A stretch of 57,893 nucleotides of DNA, counting the filler, from Asterionella formosa (Eukaryota), in the NCBI GenBank assembly GCA_002256025.1. It is 7 parts of 7 records of this genome, joined end to end, with 100 filler letters (N's around TTAATTAATTAA, not from the genome) between each part and the next. Parts side by side here need not be neighbours in the genome. Positions count along the whole stretch, not along the records: positions 41,434 to 49,614 come from NKIB01012311.1; positions 49,715 to 57,893 come from NKIB01012312.1; 5 more parts are not named here. The stretch is one strand, 5' to 3'. Shown here one piece after another: positions 46,721 through 57,893 of the stretch (within the stretch, counting starts at the first letter, position 1; every line of letters begins with the position of its first letter). The notes beneath the pieces are model-generated. The model was not told where the DNA came from, did no database searches, and saw only the letters and a list, made by a program, of their open reading frames with translations. The translations under genes were made by a program, and so were the position numbers.

Positions 46721-47828
46721 AATATGATCACCCATATTAATTATTTGGGTGGCCCAGCAATATGACGAATTTAGCTATGTACATAATTTAAGGGTATGAC
46801 ATCACATAAAAAATATGATGCATCATACAATATACATGGACGGAGTGAACTAAAATAGTTTCGACAACTTCCATAATTATTTTAGAAACTCACATAATTT
46901 TTGGGGCCAAATGACAATATTTGCTGGCGACACGAAGAAAAATTGGTTCAGTAATAATCTCTATAATACGGTACTTTTCTCTACAATTTGCAACATTTCC
47001 GTTCACAAATATTCTTCACTCTGACTACCATTAATTCTGTTACTTTGCTCCAAATTTATCTTTACTTTGATCACATTAATACCTCAAAGTTAAACAAATA
47101 TTTATGCTACTAGTCAAACAAATAATTATGTGTAACCAATCAACGTTTAAATTAAATTCTAGCTACAATCGCAAAATCAATCAAATTAATCGCTTCGCTA
47201 TATAGTTTATATTGATACTTTCTATAGAATGTGATTCTCAAACCAATGTGACAAGCAATGGATGTTCATTCTTGCAGCTGGATGCTGTAATGGCTCGCAA
47301 GATTGCCTGGCTACTCATACTTGCAGGAGTCCTTGTTGCTACTATTGGTAGATCAATTCATAGCAAATGAGCCTGCTGCTCATTCTCATTGCTCAGATTG
47401 CTTGTCTGTTGTAGAAAGAGGGCAACATTTGCAGAGTGAGTTGATGAGAAAACAAAAGTTGCGAAGCCATGATTTTGGTTCTGTTGTGCTCCTTATCGTG
47501 TTCCCCAATGGTCAACCCAGCCCTCATCAAATTGATTGTCTGCAATCAGTGAACAATGGTCGCAGAGTGACTTAATGGACAAACAATTGTTACAAAGGCA
47601 TTGTTCTCGTTGTGCTTACCATGCCGCCTGATTCCCATCAAATCCCTTGCTCAACAGATTGATTGTTTGTAGACAAAGAACAGAATTTGCAGAGTAAGTT
47701 TGTGATCAACAATTAGCAAGCACACAATCAAGCCTTTTCTTCTAATTCATTACAAATAAGCAATGCCTGCACTAACAATTCCGAACAAAGACAAAGGGAC
47801 ATAAATTCCGAACTCCGAAAAGTCATGT

Positions 47829-48022
47829 AGTTCCAAATAATATTTAGATTAATCTTATTTCAAGCCAAAAATATTGAGACCAATCTGTTTTGCTGATTCT
47901 GCCATTTTCTTCCATTGATTTTGCTAAAAGTAGGACCGTTTTGCTTAAAGTAGTCTTGCTTTAAGCAGCAATTTTACTTTATGTGTGATGTCACCATTTC
48001 AAGCAACCCTTCACTGCCATCA
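47829..48022. repeat. ~190 bp dispersed direct repeat; the second copy is at ~51352-51554
   Basis: Shared blocks gattaatcttattt.aagcc.aaaatattga, ttccattgattttgct.aaagtaggaccgttttgcttaaagtag and atgtgtgatgtcaccatttc..aacccttcactgccatca. Confidence 0.9.
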
Positions 48023-48029
48023 ATCCCTC

Positions 48030-48330
48030 GTAGATTTTTTGAAAACCTTCGTAGCCCCTTTTTTTGGGATAGTTACAAATCCAAGAGGGATAACCGCCAC
48101 TTCTCTCCAGAAATGAGTTCCTTGCTATATCTGTACCGCATGTAGATCATACCCAAAAGTCGAGCAGTGACTACCGGTATATCTAAGGAAACCGGTATGT
48201 AATGTGGTCGTATTGGTGAAAGCTAATTTTACCTTGAACTATTTTATTTAGTTGTACGTACTGTATGTGTGGATTTAAGTTCATCAAAAAAAAAAAATTT
48301 GGAGAAAAACTGACCTCCCCGCAATCTTAA
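48030..48330. mobile_element. Partial right end of the TTAA-flanked element family
   Basis: Colinear with 53350-53649 (ccagaaatgag, gtggtcgtattggtgaaagctaatttt, ttgtacgta..gtgtggatt) and ends in ccgcaatc-ttaa. Confidence 0.75.
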
Positions 48331-48534
48331 AAATGTAAAAAATTGGGTCAACACAAACACAAATTTTTGGGATATGTGTACAACCATTAGTTTCAAATTA
48401 TATACGGAATATTATAATTTTTGGTAACTTTTTATTGTCAGAGCACGCCCATTTATAACGTTCACTAACACATTTTTATGTTAAAATATATTTGGAATCG
48501 CCGTCGCCGATAGTGTCCTTTCTTCTTGTAGGCA

Positions 48535-49614
48535 ATGGCAACCACTGATAAGTATGATCGCCAGCTCCGCCTTTGGGGAGCCGCAGGTCAACGAGCGCTT
48601 GGAGAAACGACTGTTATTCTCTTGAGAGCGACAGCATCCGGAACGGAAACACTGAAGAACCTCGTGCTTCCAGGTGTCGGCAAGATACTTGTGGTGGACG
48701 ATCATGCGGCGGTCCACGATTATGCGAGTAACTTTTTCGTCACAAAAGCAGTCAATCAATCACGGGCCCAAGTTGCCATGGAACTATTGCAAGAGCTCAA
48801 TCCAGATGTACGATGTGAATCTGGAAGAAGTAGTTCTGACGGCTGCTCCGGATAAACGTTACCTTCTTGTCATTGGAGCAGATCTAGAACCACCATTGTT
48901 CAAGAAGATTTCCAAAATTTGTTCAAGTCATGCAATTCCTCTCATTTGCGTACATTCCTATGGACTGATTGGATCTGTAAGACTTCAGATTCCGCCTCTC
49001 CCGTTGCTACAACCAAAGCCGGCCACAGAACAACCGGATTTGCGCCTCGTTGCTCCCTTTCCTGAATTTATTTATTTGGCAGATTCAATACATTTAAATG
49101 ATCTCGACGACGCCGACCATGGTCACGTGCCCTATCCCATATTGTTGTACAAAATTGCACAAGACTGGAAATCCTCCCACGACGGTGCTTTACCTCTGTC
49201 GACTGCCGACAAACAAATATTTCGCAAATTGATTCGTGATGCGGCTCGTAAACCAGACATGGAAATCAACTTTTCAGAAGCCCAAGACAATTCATATCTT
49301 GCATACACAGAAAAAAAGATTGATGTTGCCCACCTCAAATCTTTGCTTGAAATTTCGATGCATTCATGTCCCAAATTGCATGCCATGATCACCGGTCTCC
49401 TGCAATTCATGGAAGATCACGATCAGCAAGGCCCTTTAAATGGTACCATTCCCGACATGACATCCTCCACAAATCTATATGTCGAACTCCAACAAATATA
49501 CCATGGCAAGGCTGTCGCTGACATTGAGGCTATGCGATCAATAGTGCCACTTACGTTGGTTGACGACGACGAATTAGATGTATTTTGTAAAAATGTGCAC
49601 CACTTAGATCTTTT
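48535..49614 (+). CDS. NAE1: NEDD8-activating enzyme E1 regulatory subunit (NAE1/APPBP1/Ula1), with a frameshift near 48812 and a 3' end lost in the gap
   Basis: KYDRQLRLWG..GQ..L, ETLKNLVLPGVG and LQELNPDV in one frame; SYGLIGSVR, DLRL..PFPE, HGHVPY, NFSEA and GTIPDMTSST..YV.LQ.IY in a second frame. Confidence 0.9.
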
Positions 49615-51170
49615 NNNNNNNNNNNNNNNNNNNNNNNNNNNNNNNNNNNNNNNNNNNNTTAATTAATTAANNNNNNNNNNNNNNNNNNNNNNNNNNNNNN
49701 NNNNNNNNNNNNNNGAGCAAGCCATTTTGAGTATGAGCAAGCAAGTCTTGAAATATTCCGGGAAATTCTAAATAGTCATTCATGTCTAAACATCTTTTTA
49801 TATAATGCACTGTTATTTATAACTGTAAAAAATTTGTGTTTTGGGGTGTCTACCAGGTTTACCAAATTTGGTCAACACAAACGCAAATTTTGGGGTTATG
49901 GGTACAACGATTTGTGTTATAATACACATGATATAATAATTTTTTATTATCAGAGCGCGCCCAGTAGCATCAAATGAGAAATAGAAAAAATTGTTTTGGG
50001 TTAGAAATGAAGTAAAAAATAAGAGTTTCAATGGAGATGTATGCATTGTGACATTGTAGTACTAACACAGGCAATTGAATTTCCATCACCACACAATCAA
50101 CGACCAAAATAAGAAGGGAAAAAGCTGAACCCAATCTTGACCTGCATCGTTATGTAGCGTAGATGATCTGCTTGCTGTAATCATGCACATCTCTGTAGGA
50201 GCCTGACACAAGTTGCATTCCTTCCGCCCACAGTCCTCGTTCCTTCCACCAAACAACCCTGATCATCATTCCATTCCAATACATTCTGATTGAGTAGAAT
50301 CGCCAGGCTGCTCCAGCACTATCAACTCCCTCTAGCTGAATATACGTAGCTTCTGATTCGAACTCGTAGTAGAAATGTAGCAAAGTGTGTAAGTACAAGA
50401 AAAGCATTGCTTGGCGGCAACATTGACATCATTGTCAACGACTTGACAAATCAACAAATACGATCAACAACGGCACAATACCACATCTTCAATGAGTAGT
50501 CATTGATAAATGCATTGATTCTTATGTAGATATATACAATCGAAACAAAACGACGGTGCGGAACGACAAACAACGACGGAATTGATCAAAACAAACCATG
50601 GAAGCAATCAAATCGGAAAGTCGATAAATACAATCTACAGTCCACATTCAGTGTTTCACTGTTGTACTCACATCCGCTTCAACTAGCATAACAAGCAGCA
50701 GACGATGTGATCAAAGAAAGACAAACGTTGTCAATTGCAAGCCCGAATAGAGCAAAGGCAGGCAAGATAGAATGAGAACTATAATTGTGAGGATGAAATC
50801 GGGCATACGGTACATAAAATCAATGAACATGTGAAAAAATATAATTTAACATTCAGGTCTCGTAAAAATAATACCGAGTCTACAGAGATAATATTATAGC
50901 GTGTTCAAAGTAAGCATTAAAGTATACCTTAAACCATGTATGGTTGTTTTTAGTACCACGTACGTATGTAGACTAGATGACTGCCGGTACCGGTAGAATA
51001 TCCGTTAAGCATCATCACATGCATGACCGGAGCAAAAACGTGCCACCACCATCAGATGTATCAATATCATCGTTTGTCCGACGAAATATGGACGCATCCG
51101 TTAGACAACGAATAGCTACTGGCGTCATCGCGGAACTGATTTCGCTTCAAACCGGTCATGATGGACGATG

Positions 51171-51365
51171 ATTGGCATGGTGAAAGGTGAATTGCCAGAG
51201 TCCACTGTATCTCTTTGACGGCCGTTTGATTAATCAACCGGCCGGCTTGTTGTTCCAAATTATATCGACAATTGGCATGGTGAAAGGTGAATTGCCGGAG
51301 TCCACTGTATCTCTATGACAGCCGTTTGATTAATCAACCAGCCGGCTTGTTGTTCCAAATTATAT
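51171..51365. repeat. Tandem duplication, 100 bp x 2
   Basis: attggcatggtgaaaggtgaattgcc...ttgttccaaattatat starts at 51171 and 51271. Confidence 0.95.
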
Positions 51366-51819
51366 TTTGATTAATCTTATTTTAAGCCTAAAATATTGAC
51401 ACCAATCTGTTTGCTTATTCTGCCATTTGCTTCCATTGATTTTGCTTAAAGTAGGACCGTTTTGCTTAAAGTAGGTTTGCTTCAAGTAGGTTTGCTTAAA
51501 GTAGCAATTTTGCTTAATGTGTGATGTCACCATTTCAACCCTTCACTGCCATCACACCCACCTATCACCGGTACCTGTCGTAATATAATCATATTATACT
51601 ACCGGCAAACACAAGACAGGTAACAGTGATATTATAGAGTCAAACAAAATATATTTTCAAACAAACCCATAATGCATCAGTGATTCCATGAACAAATTGA
51701 ATGAAACAAAATCGCCTGTCCTTTCCTTTGCTCCAACACACCATGCTCCCTCTCTCTGCTTCCGATTTTCTTGATCTGGGCCTTCTTCATGCAGGATTTG
51801 ATTAGAATAGAAATGAAAG

Positions 51820-52030
51820 AACTTGCGATGCAACGAAACTTCGACAATTTCGTTCATTCTTTGGTCTCAGTCCACAGAGTTGCATGAAGATATTTTCTGC
51901 ATTGGAGTCAATGGATCATATTGGTGCAGATCGACTTAACAAGCCCAACCCTCTTTTCTTCTTGATCACAATGGATTGGTTGAGTACTTACTATAAGACT
52001 GAAGAGGAATTGGCCAGATCCTTTCCCATC
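51820..52030 (+). pseudogene. Possible N-terminal (HTH) remnant of a Harbinger-like transposase
   Basis: TKLRQFRSFFGLSPQSCMKIF...KPNPLFFLITMDWLSTYYKTEEELA resembles FRS.FG.SP...L.AL.FLK.Y.TE. The catalytic core is absent. Confidence 0.4.
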
Positions 52031-52495
52031 CAGCAAAACACGAAGAACAAGAGAAAACGAAATGAGGGAAAAAATGATGGTCACAGCATGATGGAGCAGA
52101 ATGTGTTGGCAATATACAACAATACGGCTGTCGAAGAACAGGCTTCCATCAAACGCGTTCGTGGCAGTAACATCAGTTAAAGCGGTAAACGTACCAATGT
52201 CAACAACAAGAATGTTACAAATACCACAACTTAGAAGTTGCGATTATGTAGGGACACCAGAATAGAAAGCCGAAGTCTCGAATTGCAATACTGGTACCAT
52301 AGCTGGTAAATTACTTTCCTTCTCTATAAGTGACACAGGCAGCTATAGCGGCATGTACATATGAAAAAGGCTCACCGGTATACCGGTAGGTATGTTTGTC
52401 TACCGACATAAAGTTTTAGCAGCCAGAATATGAATTAAGGACTTCTACCGGTAGTTTAAGCAAAATATTGCTTAAAGTACCGGTAGTTTGATTAA

Positions 52496-53645
52496 GGTTG
52501 CGGCCCCGGCTTAACCCTAGTTTGGAGAAAATATCGCTAGGGTTGTAAAAACGGCGTGGAACAGGGAGTTTTCTACTATGAATTCCCATGATTCGAGTGT
52601 CCATTTGAATTTTTGAATTAGATAGGAATCGGCGCCAGATAGACAGAGTTCCATTTTAAACAAACAAAAATGATATTTAAACGTAAATACTATATCTACA
52701 TTGCTGACTGTAGACATTGTTCTGCTCAACGCAAAAACACATCTATAAATCAGGAGTACGCCTACATGTCCGCTCATCGTTCGTGTTTATACGTTGTATT
52801 GAATCTTCGCTGCTGGATATTGGTTTAATAAAGATCAGCACGGTACCAGGTACCGGTGTACCAGAGTACCGGTGTACTGCTAGTACATATTCTCGGTTCA
52901 TGACGATGGAAGACAGGATAAAACTAGTACCGGTGTACGGGTACTGATTTTACATGCTGGTATGGTACATCCAATATGTGTGGTTCAAGTGTGGCTGGCG
53001 TGATTTTACAAGACCAGAATACTTCAGCCAATCTGGAGCAGGTGAGGAAATTCAATTCAACCAATCAGAATATGTGTAGTGATGCGGCAATGTGCCCTGG
53101 AGTCTTTTCGGACTGAGAGTTAAGCAGCAAAACATACCTACGCAAGACTCTAAGTCTACAAGAACATTTTGCACATACAAATTCCGATTCCAATATTTTG
53201 GCGACTGTTGAAAAAGCTGATCGGGTCGACTTTTTGGAGGAGGATTGCTCTACATCTGCGGGGTTTCATGAAGATTAAAGTAGATAGCCGTGTACCCTAG
53301 CTATAACGTCAGGAGTTAACTTCTGGAGAGAAACTGCAGTTATGTATCTTAGATTTTTAGAAAAGCTTTGCAGCCCCCTTTTTTGACTATTTTTGCGATA
53401 GTTACAATTCTACGATACATAACTGCAGTTTCTTTCCAGAAATGAGGTCCTTAGCATATCCGGAGATAGAACATACCCCTAAGTTGACCCATGACTGTAT
53501 CTAAGCATGTGCAAAGTGGTCGTATTGGTGAAAGCTAATTTTTTAACTATTTTATGTACTTGTACGTAATGTGTGGATTAAGGTACATCATAAAATTATT
53601 TTGGGAAAAAAGGACCTTGCAATGTGTAACTGCAGGGCCGCAACC
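52496..53645. mobile_element. Second TTAA-flanked non-autonomous TIR element, same family as 43420-44645, opposite orientation
   Basis: TTAA-GGTTGCGGCCC ... GGGCCGCAACC-TTAA. Internal blocks gattccaatattttggcgactgt and tattggtgaaagct are reverse complements of blocks at ~43869-43892 and ~43533-43546. Confidence 0.85.
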
Positions 53646-54524
53646 TTAAAGCAGTTTTTCTTAAAGTAGAGCCCATTTGCTTAAACTAAAATAGTCCTTC
53701 ATTACTTTAACCCGAAATGACGATTCATCAAATCAGATTTTTTCTGAATTATCTGAAAATATCGAATTTTGCATAGTCTTTGTTTATTTCGGCCGGCGGT
53801 GCCAGCCGTTATAAGTTTTGAACTAAGATTTCTCAAAGCCTGCCGAGTCGGAACACATCTTTCAGGTGGGGGAATGACACGAAAAAGCAAAATTACCGCA
53901 ACTTGCTGGTACCCTGCAGCACTCTTAGGCGCTTGTATATACCGGTATTTATTTAGCTTAGATAATTCGATTCTTTTCCATATCTATATTATAGTTACCG
54001 ATATAGCACTACATACGGAGTAACTGTGTAGTCGTCATGAGCAGCTGGAGTATGCATGATGCACCATGTCGTCTCAGCCTTGACAATGACGAAATCAACA
54101 AATATCTCCTTGAGATATGAAAACGACGCTTTGCTATTGGGTACATAAATTAAGCACGATATAGAAAATACAGTTGTAAAAGAAAAGTTGTAATAAATAT
54201 AATGTTGACAACGAAAATTGAAATAGCCGATATTCACAGTTCAATACAATGATGTTCTCAGCAGATTTGACACTTTCACAGTAGCTGTACAACGACTACA
54301 AAGACAACTAAACCAATAACATGATTAAGTAAAGCAAAAGATTTGAAACAAGTTATTTATAAGCTTAGATTTGATCTCTTGTCTAGACGCCGCAAAATGG
54401 AGTCATTGTGAGATGGGAATGATGGAAGCGTGATGGTGATGAGATTTCAAAACTATTTGCTTACCAGTAAGTACTATTCATAACATCAGGACCGGTATAC
54501 TATTGCCTTCATAATTCGACAGAC

Positions 54525-54700
54525 GATATAGTGTATAGTATACATTCATAAGGGTATATAACATGCGTGGGTGCTGTAAATATGAACCGGTAGTTTATTA
54601 CAGTTATATCGGGTCGTTCCTATGATGACGCTGGCAGTTACGAATTTCCAATCCCAACGACTTTGAAACCGTTGATTAAGATAGTAGGTTATTTTGATAA
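54525..54700. repeat. ~170 bp dispersed direct repeat; the second copy is at ~57550-57720
   Basis: Shared agttatatcgggt, atga.gctggcagttacgaa.ttccaatcccaac.actttgaaa and taagatag. The motif gcaaa(a/t)ttacc(g/c)caacttg also recurs at ~53887, ~55442 and ~57487. Confidence 0.85.
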
Positions 54701-57700
54701 CTTGAGCCGGAAAAGGAGAACGATTTTGAGTTTGGAGAGAACAAAGCAACGTAAGCAAGACTTGCTTACTTTTGCTTCGGGTCGCCCCTCTATTGCCCCG
54801 AGAGGTACTACGGGAAACTACGTACTTCCTCGCTACGTGGAAAATTCCTTATGTGTATTGTGTACAAACCTTGCTGTTTATATTCGAAATATCATTCGAA
54901 ATTCTAGTCACGCATTCTTCTGCAAAGTTCGCGTTCTTTTGCGAAGCTCGCGTACTTCTTGAAAAGTACGCGCAGCTATCATTTCGTCAAAGCAAGTTTG
55001 AGCTCTGATATGGCATTAAACATCCAGGGGCAGTATGAACATTGCTTCCAGTACTCGGCAAGATATCAGTGAATAAGAAAATTTGAGAGTACGCTTTAAT
55101 AAACTCGACTAAATGTACTTGGCAAGATATCATATATACCTGGTAGTATCACACTGAGAGAGTTCGAACGAAAAGGCCGCAAAAGAATCGGGAAACCCGG
55201 ATATGCGATTTCTGCGCGTTCTTTTGTGGTCCTTTTGAAAAATATGATGATGCGAGGTCAATTTTATATAAAACGAGGTTTTTGCATGTGTTGGTCATTG
55301 TTGTATTTTTTGGACGGTTCCCTGTTTTGAAGAAAAAAATCAGCATAAAAGCAAGTATGTCACTGAGTGGTGATTACCATGCATACAGACGATGTTTTCT
55401 ATGTAATTAAACGCCTGTCCTGCATCGCATTATCAATCTCAGCAAATTTACCCCAACTTGGCTGCAGGTACCACCAAGGTACCTGGTATCCTGGAAGGTC
55501 CAGCAGTGCACTTTTCATGCGCATTTTTCCAGTTTCGACTCACTCCCAATGATTTGCCCCATACCTACCAGAAGGGTTAGGCTGGCTTTCCATTCCAAAT
55601 TCTCTTAAGTAACTTTCTATGCCATTAAATCATCATTCAGTAAATCGAAGTCGTGTTCTGATCATCGAAATTGTGTTCAACTACTTCTACAGGTGATAGT
55701 ATTCAGGAACTGGAAGACAATTGGTTTGCTTATATAGTTCACAAATCGCTCATTAACTTCTAGTCATAGTCAGCGAATCAGCAAATTTCTAGCCATATGT
55801 AGTCAACAACTGGATCAGTACTCGTAAGCAAAAGAGTCATTTTGAAAATATTGATGGACTATTAAATGATGTTGTTAAATTTGAATGAAACAAAATTTGG
55901 TTCGTCCTATAGATTACTGTGGTGTAGCATGCTGTAAAAGTGATAAAACTTGGCCGACACAACTTTTCGTCATTTTGAATTCCACTATGTAAAGAAATGC
56001 GCCATCGGCGACTTCAATTTCCGCAGTCAATATTATTGTTATTAAAATTTTTTACGATTGTATTATCAATGTCGTGTTAGATTTATTTACCAAACAGCAT
56101 AGTGTCGCTTTCGTTTTCCATGGAGAAATTCGTTATTTTCGTCATGGTCAAGGCGGAGACGGTATGTTAGAGGATTCTCCAGCTGCTCACAACAACTACA
56201 CTGTAGGGTTTTATGTATGGAAACAAATCGCAACATCTAAGCTACGTAATTATATACTTTCATCGTCTACATGGGGTGCCTAGTACCTCGGGTACCCTGA
56301 GCCTATATCCTAGCTATCTAGATATGTATGATTTTTTGCAAATATGCTGGTACTTGGTGGCTGATGATACGCTGTTGCATCAGGCGTGATAATGACTGTG
56401 ACTATATGTATATAGTAGACATAATGTCACATATGCTCATAGCAGTATTACTGTAGCATGGCTATTAGGGGGAATATAGTACATAGTTGTGTATGTTCAT
56501 GTATATACCGGTAAAAGGTATGGTAGCAGAACGGTCATTCAGAAAATCTACGGTATTCATTTTCATCCTCAAGTTCTATTAGTCGTAGTCATCAAATTCT
56601 AGTTGTAGTCAGCGAATTCTATTCGTACTAGTCAGCAAATTCTATTCATAGTCAGCAAGTTCTCAATTTAGAACGATTCCTATTTTTTAAGCAAGAAGAT
56701 GGTTTGCTGAACCGGTTGCTCAGGCAGCAAATTTGATTCATGTTCAGAGTTTGATTCTGCAAATCGTCATCGGTCAATAAAAGTAACATTTTCCAAAATT
56801 ACTTAAGGATTTTTATTTTTATCAAAATCTGGCCTATCTCATCTGGCAGGCATAAATACTATAGCTACCTGGGCTTTGAAGGGACTGAGCGCGACTACAA
56901 CAAAAGAAAAGTGATGACGATGGGGATTTTGCTAGCAATAGTAGGCGTGAAAGAATAATATTTAGGGTTACGGTTTATTGAAATACCAGGCCTACGCAAG
57001 GCTACCCACTCTTTCTGGAATTTGCATCAGCCATATGACTTAGGACCAGTGTGTCCCAACGTATGAGAGATACTACATACCGGTACTCAAAGTTCATGTT
57101 TCGCGGCTCTTGTTAGTAATTGGCAACCTCACTTCATTTTGCTGGCTGACAGCACCAGTAGTGCTGGTAGATAAATGTTGGTTGTTTTGATCACTTTTGC
57201 AGCTATAGCAAAATATTTTGATTTGGCAGATAAAAGTAAACTTTACATGAATTGAGCAGTGAACCAATTACCCAAAGTTAATTTTACTCGATTTGAGTAA
57301 AGTTTACTTAATCTGCCGAATGAAAATATTTTGCTACATCTGCCAAAATGATTATATTTAGAGCTTAAAAACTTATTCAAAATCATGCCACAAATGATTA
57401 GCCGCATTATGCACGGGCCAGAATATTGCACTAAGTATTGGGTCAAAGGTGTGACTACATTTTATATCGCTGAGAACGTGATGTCTGCAAATTTACCGCA
57501 ACTTGCTGCAGTAAGTACGAGGATACTATTATCTTCATAAGTTGACAGTCAATATAGTAGTATACATAACATGCATGTGCATGTACTTTACATAGCTGTG
57601 TAGTTTTTAATAGTTATATCGGGTAGTTGGTATGCATGATGATGCTGGCAGTTACGAAGTTCCAATCCCAACAACTTTGAAAACGTTAAATAAGATAGAT

Positions 57701-57893
57701 AGGTTGTTTTCATATTGATATGTTAGTTAAATAAGGTGTTTCCAAACCAATCTTTGGAATCAAACAAGATCGAGTTCTCTAGAGGCAATAAGGTGATCAT
57801 GGTATTCCAACATGAGTATCAAACGAAGGGCAAAAGTAGACAAAGATTTGTATCTATGTTACAGGAAATTCATTATTAGCAGTTACTAAGCTC

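Noticed and set aside
50150..50407. KERGLWAEGM motif reminiscent of Tc1/mariner-related transposases
   Set aside because: It is a single short motif with no catalytic residues or termini found.

Overview
This is a gappy scaffold of a eukaryotic nuclear genome, most likely a diatom or related stramenopile. The evidence is GT-AG introns, bipartite plastid-targeting presequences (for example SSG-AFAP on HemE) and TE-rich intergenic DNA. Six ~100-nt scaffold joins carry an artificial TTAATTAATTAA linker, and there are two plain N gaps. Recognisable host genes are dolichol kinase (split into two pieces in reversed order), an ARM-repeat segment, an NAD(P)H-binding Rossmann protein, lipoyl/octanoyltransferase LIP2, a probable thylakoid-lumen protein, RGP1, ENY2/Sus1 (3 exons), VPS18, a SET-domain protein, tRNA-Arg(TCG), HemE (3 exons) and NAE1/APPBP1 (frameshifted). 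Between these gene islands lie decayed mobile elements: a Crypton-like tyrosine recombinase, a Ginger/KRBA2-type integrase element, a Copia LTR element, a LINE endonuclease, Harbinger-like remnants and TTAA-flanked non-autonomous elements. The best candidate for an undescribed system is a convergent two-gene cassette of unknown family. It occurs in two diverged copies with conserved intron donor positions, and one copy lies directly downstream of the tyrosine recombinase, whose upstream ~310 bp recurs inverted 14.7 kb away with an invariant dyad site. All family calls come from motif recognition by eye, not from database searches.
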